Shown here one piece after another: positions 1 to 11,658 of a DNA stretch of 64,000 nt. The stretch is from contig OZ316776.1 in the NCBI GenBank assembly GCA_973851085.1, positions 9,672,001 to 9,736,000 on the forward strand, in the 5' to 3' direction. The translations under genes and the position numbers were made by a program. Every line of letters begins with the position of its first letter. Positions within the stretch are counted from its first letter, which is position 1. Under the pieces are notes generated by a model. It was not told where the DNA came from and made no database searches. It was given only the letters and a program-made list of their open reading frames with translations. The stretch is from Ptychomitrium polyphyllum. Lineage: Eukaryota.

Positions 1-10
1 ATACTGGCAG

Positions 11-3000
11 GTGGTTACAAATATCAACGAAGTTGGACACGGTATACATTTCAGACGTGCAGGTCCACGAGAAAAGGTTCTCATGCACTTACCTCCTTGC
101 AATTCCTCTCTGACTCGGTCACTACTGTTTGATTTACTTCAACTTGAGTAAAGGAACTTGTATTGGTTCATCTGTATACTCTATTCATTCTAAGCTCTAT
201 ACTTGACGCTGACCATTTCACTTCAAGTCCACAAAGGATAGTGCTTTAATTTCTTTTGAGTAATAGCACTTTCTGACGAGTGTTTCCTGTTCACTTCAGA
301 TTTTCTTCAAAGGAGATGATGTGAGGGCATGCATTGTTACGTGCGGGGGATTGTGTCCTGGTCTTAATACTGTGATCCGTGAGATCGTTTGTAGTCTTTG
401 GGGGCAATATGGAGTACGCGAGATCTTTGGAATTGATGTAAGCATTTTTTTCAAATTGGTAACACTGATGTAAGGTAATGCGCAATCTATGTATTCACTT
501 TGGTTACACCCTACGAGTGTTCAAGAGATTGTTGCCCTTTGATTAAATACATGAAGCCATTACATCCTGCGACGAACGTCTGTGGTATGTGCTACTATTA
601 TTGTAATAACTACGGTGGATACTAATCAATCTTTACCGAGGACACACAATGCAACTGATCTTGCTCGTGGTTCTTATGTTTGGCATTATATCCCATTTCG
701 AATTCGTTTGTGTGCAGTTTAGATACTCATGAATTTTACGTTTGCTCTGCAGGGAGGATACAGGGGTTTCTACTCAAGAAATACCATTGATTTAACTCCC
801 AAGACAGTTAATGACATTCATAAACGCGGAGGCACTGTGCTACAAACTTCCCGTGGTGGTCATGATACTGCAAAAATTGTCGACTCTATTCAGGACCGTG
901 GCATAAACCAGGTTAAGACCTCGATTAGCTGTATTATCGTCTCTGACTGCATGAGTGCCAGAAATAATTTCTGAAATCTGGAGATTTAAATTATAATTGC
1001 AGAGTAATCATGTGTATCGTAGTAAAACGTTTGCACTTTTTGTTTTATAGTAAATTTTTGAGTTCAGCTGGGGATTAGTGCAGTTTGTTTGACCCATTCT
1101 ACGACTGATATAGGTTATGAGTTTGTACCAGCTCCACTTAACTATAAGCGATAAAAGAAGTATGCTTTTGATAAATATAGCAAATTTTGTGAAGTGTCCA
1201 TGTTTTGATCGTTGTTTTTAGCATTGGATGTTCTGACTATTCATTTGACTGCAATTGCGAAGGTTTATATTATTGGTGGTGACGGCACTCAGAAGGGAGC
1301 TAATGCGATATATGAGGTAACTTATCTTGTAGCTACTGCTGATGATAGGGTTGGAATTTTGCTGCAAGTTTTTGTCACCATTAATTATACAGTCTTTCCA
1401 TATGCTTGCCTGACTGATTAGGTGAAAGCCTGATCGGCCTAGAGAATTTCCTTTCTGTCATTCTTATCATGCAGAAGTGAGGAATGTATGGAGATGGACA
1501 CGATTTGAGATGCATCCTTAGCTATCAGCTGGCTTACGTACTTTTCTTTGAAATACGATTAGACGGACCATTGTAAGGATGTGTACTCTATTTATGAGTT
1601 GATCTAACCAAGGGGTCTTGTTGAACAGGAATATTCTCTTATTACATCATTTGCATTGTTAGAATTAGTGGAGTTCTTACCTCCTGTAACAATCGTTGTC
1701 GCTTACAGGAGTGCAGGAAGAGGGGTTTAAAGGTGGTTGTTGCAGGTATTCCCAAAACGATCGATAATGATATTGATGTAAGACACTTTCTCTTGATGTA
1801 CTTCTCTTTGACATACATGCTTGGTTGGAGTAGGTGTGTGTTTTGTAGCTTTTTGCTTGCGTACAGATCCGTTTGATTTCTTGTTTTGTTTTCTCCGTAT
1901 CTACAGTGTGCACTGGGATACTGGAGTCTAAGTCTAATGTAAATTTGTTGAATGTGGTATTTGAGGTGACAGGTTATAGACAAGTCGTTTGGGTTCGATA
2001 CAGCAGTGGAAGAGGCTCAACGTGCAATTAATGCAGCCCACGTAGAGGCTGAGAGTGTTCAGAATGGTGTTGGACTGGTCAAACTGATGGGTCGCTACAG
2101 TGGTGAGATTTTTATCTTAATGTCTGCTGACATTGAAGTAACAGATTGTATTTTCCGGTCGAAATGGCCGTCAGAGATTCAAATTTAAACGAATCTGATC
2201 CTTCATTACATGTTAAGAAGCTTGACTTTTTTACTGTTGCTAATTTGTGTAATCTCTGGTGCAGGATACATCGCAATGCATGCAACTTTGGCAAGTCGTG
2301 ATGTTGTAAGTGTTTATGATTTATCTTTTAGTATGGTTTAATAACTTTTTGTTTATCTACTGATTGTAGGACTTAATTATTGTTTACATTTTACATGCAA
2401 TATCTTGACTAATTTGAAAATAGTTGCTGGAAGACGTTGATGAAGCAGAAAATATCTTATTGAGCTGTGATGTTGTATTCAGGACTTGTGCTTGATACCT
2501 GAAGTGCCATTCTTCATGCATGGACCGGGTGGGCTTATTGAGTTTGCACGCAAAAGATTACGGGAAAGTGGACATATGATTATTGTTGTAGCAGAAGGTG
2601 CTGGGCAAGAGATGATGGCTGAATTTGCGAAGGACATTAGCAAAAATACGGATGCCTCTGGAAACAAATTGCTTCTTGATGTTGGTCTTTGGCTTTGTTC
2701 CACTCTGAAGGTAATTGTTTTTCTATCAGCTGTTAAATAGTATTTACTTGAAAAGATTCATATGAATCATGTATTTTGAGTGATTACACTGGCATCATAG
2801 AACAATGCGTGAAGCTTTGGTCACCTCTAAGAGGTGTACATTTGTTCATCGTCAGGAATCTTTTCAGAAGGAGTTCAAGGAGCCGCTCAACTTGAAGTAT
2901 ATAGGTATGGCAATTTGACCAAAAGCTTCGTTGGCCTAGAGCACTCTTGTCTCAGATTATTGAAGTTATTTGAATACTGAGAACCTTTGTTTAGCTAAGT

Positions 3001-4184
3001 TTCGATGGTATCGGGAGTTAGCATTACAAGCCAGTTATACTGTTTAAACTGGGTGAATAATGTATTGATTCTTATCATATAGTTATGCCCGTTACATTTT
3101 AACTTGAAATACGAAATGACTGATGTATCAGATCCAACCTACATGATTCGAGCTATTCCGAGCAATGCATCTGACAACGTCTACTGCACTTTGCTTGCTC
3201 ATAGTGCAATCCATGGGGCTATGGCTGGTTACTGCGGTTTCACTGTTGGACCTGTCAACAGCAGACATTGCTATATTCCTATTAAAGTAAGTTTGTGCGT
3301 ACCTCTGTGGTTGATGCCCTAATTTCTCTTACAAGTTGAACGAAAATTAGTCCCTCAGGGTGCACATAGCTAAAATAACTATGTTGCTTCTTTTCTCTTA
3401 CTTTTAAGATCTTGTCCTGTTATTCGAGTTGCAAGGTCTTTTTTGGACAAAATGGCACGTTTGAAAGCAGTTTATTCATATCTTTAGGGGTGTTTAGAAT
3501 TTCTTTCACGTGTTCAACATCAGAGCAATCCTCTTGCCATTTAAAGTTTTTTTTGGAGTTCCACACTTTTGCTGGCAGGTAATTCCGATTCTAACATTTG
3601 CATCTGTTTACAGACAGTGGTAGCAACATCCCGAAATGTGAACGTCGCTGATCGGATGTGGGCACGACTTATGTCGTCAACGAACCAGCCTAATTTTTCA
3701 CGATATGGAAGAGTTATCTCGCAGCAACGAAAGCAGAATGCAGAGAAGAAAGAGGAAGCAGACAGAGCAAAGTCATCTGTGAATGGCTCCTCTAAATCTG
3801 TAAGTCCTGAAAATCACGTTAGACAGATTTAAGGACCCTTACCTGCATTTAGAACACAGGCGTGTGATTTCTCTGTAGAGTGTTTCGCTGCATATATTTC
3901 AATAGTCTGCTCTGGATCCATCATACATGCTAACATGTAGTACATTTAGCGTTCCGATGCCATGAATCTGTGATCCATTTTAATCGACCTATTGATTGAA
4001 ACTTTGTCAGGGCTTAAATGGACATGAGAGTGCCGCTGAGAACGGAAATAATAAAACAGAAAAACTGGTCCACACAGGCGACAGACAAGCCATTCCAGTT
4101 TCTGGTGGTAGCGAGGGCTCTTCAATGCTAACTTCACCTGTACCTGGGGAACCTACACCAAATCTAGATCACAACGCTCCATGA
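11..4184 (+). CDS. PFK: ATP-dependent 6-phosphofructokinase, multi-exon, 5' end outside the window
   Basis: GT-AG exons encode plant PFK motifs: [91 protein letters not shown] phase-0 splice 3800-4010 adds a last exon ending at 4184; without it the frame stops at 3832. Confidence 0.93.
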
Positions 4185-5113
4185 CTGACCGTTTGCATCT
4201 TCAAGTTCTTTGAGACACTGAGAAAGACGTTATGTGGACGCTTTATGTTATGATGGCTGCTTTTGTTCGTATGTATATTTTTTTCTTTTGCTGCACCGGC
4301 TTTGGCAGAGCTTTGAGGGATTGTAGCAGAATCTTAGGAAGAGGGATCTAGATGTTATCAGGAGGACTAGGGTAAGGTGAGGTACATATCAGAGCAATTT
4401 GTTGTTCAAAATCATTTTGAATGAGGTCTATGCAGGTGAGGAACACTATAGGAACTAGGACACTACAACTTAGGATCCTAGTTGACCCGAAGTTGCGCTT
4501 AGAGGGGCATTGCGAGTCGCATGTGGTCAGCTTACTTTGTATCACGTACTGCGTATCTCATATGTATAAACATGGAGCATTCACTAAGAGTTAGTGTTAC
4601 ACCTTGTGTATTAGGTGTGTAATTAATATCCGGAAACTCGTTTTGTCTGTGACATACTCACTTGAGTCGATTGCTTTCTGGTCTTAAAGTCGTAGAGTGA
4701 CTCAGCAACTGATTGGAGTCCTCATTGTATACGACTTTCGTCCTATAAATTGCAGTGAACATTTCTCCTTGGGTGACTTCACAGGATCTAAAACCTGGAC
4801 ACGCTACTGAGGAGGACCGTAATTATGTGGCGAAGTGCAGCGGAATGATCTATAAAACACAAACTTCCTCAACTTTGCGCATTGAGGTGCACACTGGCAC
4901 CTGCGCTTCCATGTATGAACATTTTCAATAGTATTTAGAATTTGTTGCTCATCATCTGCTTCAAATATCTATATTCTGATTAAATCTTTCCTCATTCTCT
5001 GCATCACGTTTGTATTCATATGCATAACCTCAGCAGCCAGTGAGGAGTTGACAAAATCTTTTTACCCTTCTACCTTTCCTCTTCGACCACTGCCCTAGGT
5101 TGCAAGGATACAC

Positions 5114-7011
5114 TCAATAATTGCGTCCGTTAGCCCTGGGGTTCTCATATTCGTAGTGCTGCTGCTTCCTCGTGCACCTGGGTTTTTGGTTTCTGTACGA
5201 GATCACTGAATCATCGCTGTCGAGGGACGACGACGACGTAGCCAACATAGATTTAACCATGGTATCATCCTTCTCCTTCCTTCTACGTTCCTCAGCCTCG
5301 CGCTCTGAAGTTCTCGCACTGCTTGATTCGGACATCACACTTTCTCTGAGGCGTCTTCTCCAATTTGCCGATCTTTCTATATCCTCCCGTACTGCAATTT
5401 TTAGTGCAGCTAAATCCTTGTCCCTTCTGTACCTCTTTTGAACGGCCTTCCACTTCCTTCTGGCATCCACTTCAACCCATTTGTAGTACTGCGCTCGCCT
5501 CGCTGCAGATGCCAAATTCTGTCTCCTCTTTCGGTATTCACTAGGACCTGCAAAATACGGTGTTCAACAGCATGTCATTGTTCCTCGTTCATGCTCTATA
5601 CCAGTTCTGTTGAGACCTCAAAATGGACGCCGATTCAAATGAGGGTTCGAACTTTAAGAAGCCAGACAAGCTATGAGAGGTGAGACTCAAACTTTTAACA
5701 CCGAAGCTTCCACAGAGATGTCACTTTTAACCAAGTGCGTTCAACAATTTATGACCTTCATATTCCTTGTAGACGTGGTGTTTCCCGAAAGTCTCCTTCC
5801 AATCTGGACCTCGCCACCCATAACCCTGCTCAGGATCGAGGTGGATGATGCTCATTGCTGGTGGGTGCTCAGCAACCTGGAATTGGACGCCACGACACAA
5901 ATGTGAGGGTGGGCGATGACGCACAGGAGTATTTGGAGGTGATGGCTTGGCACAATCGTCGTCAATATCAAGCCGCCACACAAAGGATTTACGATCTTTG
6001 GAAGCTCCTCCCTTCAACAACTGTGGCGCATTTATGCTTGTGCTTGCAACCGAAGCCAACTCAGTTGAACCAAGTTCCAGGTCGTATTTAGGACTCATGA
6101 AAATCTCCTTGTTGCTGCTTACTGACCCAGGCTTGTAATCCATTGAGAATGCCATTATTGATCGACATATGCTCGAGGAGGTTGTGAGCAGGAACATTTC
6201 AGGGTCGTGGATTAATCCAAGCTCATTACAGGGCTTCAGTTTAATCGCCTCCGTGGCCTCGTTTAATTTCACTTGCCGCAACATGCAGTTTTGGCTTGCA
6301 GGATCAAACCCTGTGCTAGACGAATTCCTGTACGTGACTCTGGAATGTGGTGGTTGCATTGGCAAGACTTTAACTGCCGGCTCATTTTTAGGTACTCCGT
6401 TTTCTCTCTCCGTGGCCTGCTCAGAAAGAGTGTCCCCTGATCTCTGCAGTTCCTCTACCCAGAGTGTTGCGAAGGAGTCGGTCTTCTTAAGGGAGGCTAT
6501 TGTTGAGGCAGAATTGGTCAGAGCTACAATGCCTGGAATTCTGCACACGGATTCTATCTCTTGGTGTTTTCGTTTCTCATCAATCCTATGAATCGAGCTG
6601 TCAGGGTCCAGGGTTCGCTGTGTCTTGTACAGCTTGTTGAATTCCTCTAGTGATATCTTGGTGGCTTGTTTCTTTCGAAACTCTTCCGATAGAAACATTT
6701 TCACTCTTGCCATGGCCTCCTCTACCAGCTTATCTCGGATCTCATGATTCATCTGGGATAAGTTTTCAAAGAAAACAATCATTACCTAAGCCTTAAGAAG
6801 TTCCATGTGACCACTCTGTTAAAGGAAACAGAGAATCGATACAAACCTGAAGTGACCCATTGGAATGTGTAGTGACAGAGTGCTGAGGGATTCGATTCGC
6901 TAAGACTTTTCTCCAGCTGCGCAGACACACGAACACTGCCAAGAGGAATCCTCCCATAGCAATGGCGAGTGCAGGAAGTGCAATCACCAAGATTTGCAAG
7001 TACCTCTCCAT
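5114..7011 (-). CDS. Uncharacterised protein (~539 aa) with an N-terminal transmembrane helix; predicted exons 7011-6847, 6752-5732, 5547-5114
   Basis: ORFs 6793..7011, 5727..6782 and 5114..5515 join in frame through GT-AG introns (phase 0, then phase 1). The N-terminus ILVIALPALAIAMGGFLLAVFVCL is hydrophobic and followed by basic residues. No family recognised. Confidence 0.7.
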
Positions 7012-10000
7012 GCCTGGTCAAATCACCATTAGATTACATTCGGATCATCGACGTTTTTCGCTAAATGAATCAGGTAGTATCTCTCCAAAGTAATCACCAT
7101 TAACATCATTCATTCTTTTCCAAAATTGATTCGTTTCTTGCTATGCTGACTTCGATTACTCAAAGCCACAGCCTAATGACAAGAAATAAACCTCTCGCTA
7201 GAAAAAATATCGACCATAGAAAATTTTCAGAATTGAACTTGATTGAACGAGATCATACAAGCTACATATCCAGTGCCAGCGTTTCCCATGCTCCTTCATG
7301 AAATCCTTCCAACACCGCATTCTAGATCAACTGTCTATGAAGCACTTTGTGCAAACCAGCTTCGTAATAAACCAACTTTTCTGCTGTATTAATGATCACT
7401 TAGTATCATCCTCTCCAAATTAATGCTTTGGACGTAATTAGTTATAGAAACAATCATATTCACTATCCCTTTTTGCAAGGTCAGGTTCATGAGCTCAAAC
7501 AAATTCTAAAATAAGCCATAGTCCCTGCATCCATTTGCATAAAACACGTGCTGTCACTCCATTTTTGGGCAGCAAGGACATGATATCTGAGAGGTAGTCT
7601 GACCAATCTGCACAACTTGTTTTCGGTTATACTTTTCCTTGAGTTCATCACTCTGAACCACTTCACATCAGGCGAAGCGCTTGGTACACATTTTGCAAGT
7701 CGGGGTCATTCATGTCTGTTGATGGTTTCGGAATGGTTTGAAAAGACTTTAGGAGAGTTGTACCGTTTTTTTCCCATTAGATACCAAACAAGACGTTCTT
7801 TACCACCTAACGGCAGTAGAAGACGTATCAAAGCCTGAAAGGCTGGCAGGCTGGCCCCACACCTACCGAACACTGCTTATGCAATCTTCAGAGTGGTGGG
7901 GCGGGGGTCGGCTAAAAGTCATTGGGGTTATTTAAATTGTTGGGTCACTAGAGTTTTTGAAAACTCACCCTCTTTACTTCAGAAAGTGGATGGCTGAAAA
8001 GTTCTGGCATTGAAGTATTTCCTCCCAACATAAACATAAATGACATGAAGGAGGTAAGATCACCGGTTAGATATAGGAGTTCTTTGTAAACTCAATCATT
8101 TTTCCAATACGATCTCACTCAGGAAATTACTTTCATTTGTGTTTATAAACGGAACAAATATTGCACTGCCATGAAGTTCCATCCTTTAATTGGCTCACAT
8201 GTCTTGATCATTTTTGAAGGAAAGAGGATGGGTTTACAAATAACCTTACTTGTGTAAATAAGTCTGCATGATAACAAGTCACTTGCACCAAAGATCTTCC
8301 AGTCTTTTGTTGGCTTAGGATCCACTGATCAAATATCGATTTGAAGCAGAGGACAGCGATGCGGCAATATTCACATGAGTTCTTTTGCCCTGAAAATGGC
8401 AAAGGAATGCTTGGAACGATGCCATGATGAGGGCTCAGGAGTACTGTGCAGAGGAGCATTCATGAGTAAAGTTTAACTCCCAGACGTCCACCGAAGTTGC
8501 ACATTTTCCAAAAGTGCAACTTTCGAAGGACCGAAGGTCAATAATCATTCATGACAAAGACTATCTGCATATCCACACCTTGCATGTGAGTTTGGCTTCT
8601 CACAGAACCCCATTCACACTAGGTCGTTTTTGAAACATCTCTTCTTCCATAAACTATGTTCAACAAGTTTGTCTATTTGAAATGTCTTTGACTATTTGAA
8701 TATCTAAAGGTTTTATTTTGGAAATGGTATCCCACTTCAGGCTTCAGCTTGAGGGAAGTTAATCACTCCTCATGCTGTAGCACTGAAGACGCAGAATACA
8801 CAAAACATAAATATCCATTTTGGATACTCTGCAATTTTTTTGGGGAAGTAATCCATTGTACAATACTTGAATATTGAATCACGCAACAGAAATTTAAATG
8901 ATATAATTGAAAAAATGATTCATGATCTTTAGCTTTACAAACTAAACAAATTTTCTTAGTTCTAATATAGTAGATTAGTTGGCAAAATTACAACTGGAGA
9001 AGATCAATAAATAAAATTCACAGATTATAAAATGTTGTGAAGTTTTGAAATCTGAAAAATCTGAACATACTAAAACCTATAATTACTAATAACTAATCTT
9101 GCACTAATATGTCAAATTTGGGAAAAACTTAGTCAAGACCTCTTAGACATGAAGTAAAAAAATTTGAAAAATAAAATAAAATCGAACACCAAGTTGCCAA
9201 ATTGCCAGTTCCAAGCAGATTTGACCAAATTTGTACCAATGAACTCAAGTTCCGAGTTCCAACTTTTTGTGACTCCTGTAGTATCATAAATCATGACACT
9301 GTTGCTTATCAGTTTCCAAATGTGTCATACTTGCCTTGGGATTCATGCTGCACCCTTTTCACCAAACCCTCAAGTGCCACTTCCAATTCCAAGGATTGCT
9401 TTTCTTATTTTCCCCATTTTGCTATTTAGTCACACTTTCATTTTTCTATACTCACGAGTTTCATGTGCTACCTTGTGATAATTGGTATTACCATAATGAT
9501 ATTTTGGTAGTACATTGGTGAAATGTGGCTACACTGTAACTTTACTAATGGAATTGACCATTTTTCTTGCACACATAAAATTTGTACACATAGTATTGAA
9601 ATTCCAATATTAAGGTGGCTTTCCATTGGAATCTACCATTTAGCCAACCAGTTCTAAAACCAATTCTGTTCTTTAGTTTCTAAATGGAAGGCTATCCTGA
9701 CATTGGTTTTAGAATGTTATGAATATAAAGAGTTTGGAAACAAGTTCACCTAAATTTCATGGATATGAAGTCCTCATAATTTCCCCAATCCAATGACACC
9801 AATCTAAAACTGAAAATATGCATGCCACACGAACGGGTCCCTCTACCTTATTCTCAATGCATAACGGATACATACCCTAAACTGTCACTCTACCTGAAAC
9901 CAACATCATCCACCAGAAACATTTCCTAAAATCTACAACAACAGTAGACAACAGATAATCTGTGTACAGTGACGGACCCAAACCGGAAATTATCACTAAA

Positions 10001-10584
10001 GTTGTAGATTTCACAAAATGCAGTATACGCTCCTGGTAGATGATGTCAGCTTTGGGTACAGCGACGATTTTAGGTTCGCGTCCCTATGTCCGAGGCTCAG
10101 GTTATACCAATGTGATATTGAGCTGACACTGACGTGATACCCGCTGGTGATATTTGGGTGTATGAGCAAATAGGAGAAAAGCAAGGAGGGCACAATCACC
10201 ATGCAAGCCGGTGAGGAGCTGCATGAGCTGGGATTTTGCAAAAGACGCTCCACGCTTTCAGCTTCGCAGTGTCACAAGTCCCTCGCGCTGCTCGCTCGCG
10301 CACCCGGCGATGGCAGACATCAATGCCGCGCCTCATGTGAAAGCGCTGCACGAAGCGCCAACCGCACATCCACAGCCACGGCCCGATCAACGCTCCCAGC
10401 TTGCTTTCGAGCTTTTCTAAAAACAGCAGAAATTAGTGTCGACGACGACGACGACCAGGGATGCGCTCCTCTGCGCTTCTAGCTTCTAGCACATGAACAG
10501 AGTTTGGCTGTACTAGAGCGACAGTGTAGGTGAATTCGCGTTGTGCAGGAGTACGGTCGTGATTTGAAGTTACGCCTGCAGTAT

Positions 10585-11075
10585 AAGTTAGCCGGGAAGG
10601 GAAGCGCGGAGCTGATCTCTGAGGGCGCTGAGATCATCTGTAGTTTCTACAGGTTTGTCGGAGTGTTTGGAGTGCTGGTGGTGTTCTTGTGGGTGAAGTT
10701 TTTGGCTTCACTGAAGTTGCAGAGTGTAGGGAGTGTGTCACGCATTTGACAATGTTTGGATTCTTCAAGAGGAGGACGCCCGTGTATTGAGGTTGTTATG
10801 ACTGTAGTCAGGAAAGGAAGCGCACAGGTGATCCTTTAGGAGCATTGAGTTTCTGGACCTTTCTATGTTCGTTGTTAGAATATTCGAGTTCTTAGCGGAC
10901 CTTTCTTTTATGATTAGAATTCTGCAATTTTGGCTTCAGTGAAGCTACAGTGTAGGGAGTGTATCACAATATTACGAACTCGAGGTTTTGATTTCTTGAA
11001 GAGTAGTGTGAGGTGACAACTGTAGCCGAAAAGCGCAGAACATCTGGAATTGTTGAGATTCTGGAATTTTTCTTC
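10585..11075 (+). repeat. Degenerate tandem repeat, ~220-230 bp unit, ~2.3 copies, upstream of the PLP-transferase-like gene
   Basis: tttggcttca(c/g)tgaag..cag(ag)tgtagggagtgt.tcac occurs near 10701 and 10930. A tag.c.g..aa..aagcgc...gag.tt.tg block occurs near 10585, 10801 and 11020. Confidence 0.6.
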
Positions 11076-11658
11076 GCTTGTTTAAATATTTTTAGAGTTT
11101 TGGAGCATTGGCATGCGCTGCGTGGCTGATATTAGGCATCGAACGTCCAGTCAGTTCTTAGCTTATGGGATTCGATTGACGAGTCTATGTTGTTGCGCGT
11201 TTTTGGCTTCGTTTGTAGGTTTAACCGTTTTCGTTTGAATGTGAGGTTTGCTGCCAATTTTATGTCGACGATATTGCGTCATGGTTTTACCTGGTAGGGA
11301 GCCTGTGATCTGTGCGGGTGTCGGAGGTAGTGGGGGGGAGGATGCGCTTGTTTGTGAGATTCCGCGGAGGTTTCCTTTTCATCAGTGGTGTGAGTGTATT
11401 GCAGATTATGCTTTTTCTGCTTCACGCCGTGTCCGTAGCCCGTCATAATTGTGCTGGAGTTCGTTGGGTGACGTCGGAATTTGAACGCATTGCAATGTGA
11501 GCGCGAATCTGGACTTTGAATATAATATGTGCTGTACAGAATTGAGAGGTCAGGTTATTGCACTGGAGGCCGTTCGTTTTAGAAGCAGCTTAGAGGATCA
11601 AGTGCGCTTAAAGAGAGGCTTGGATGAAAGAAAGGCGGTGACCAAGTGATCGTGATCT

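Noticed and set aside
8494..8522. Hairpin aagttgcac...gtgcaactt
   Set aside because: Short and isolated; no Helitron CTRR end, partner TIR or miRNA-length stem was found.
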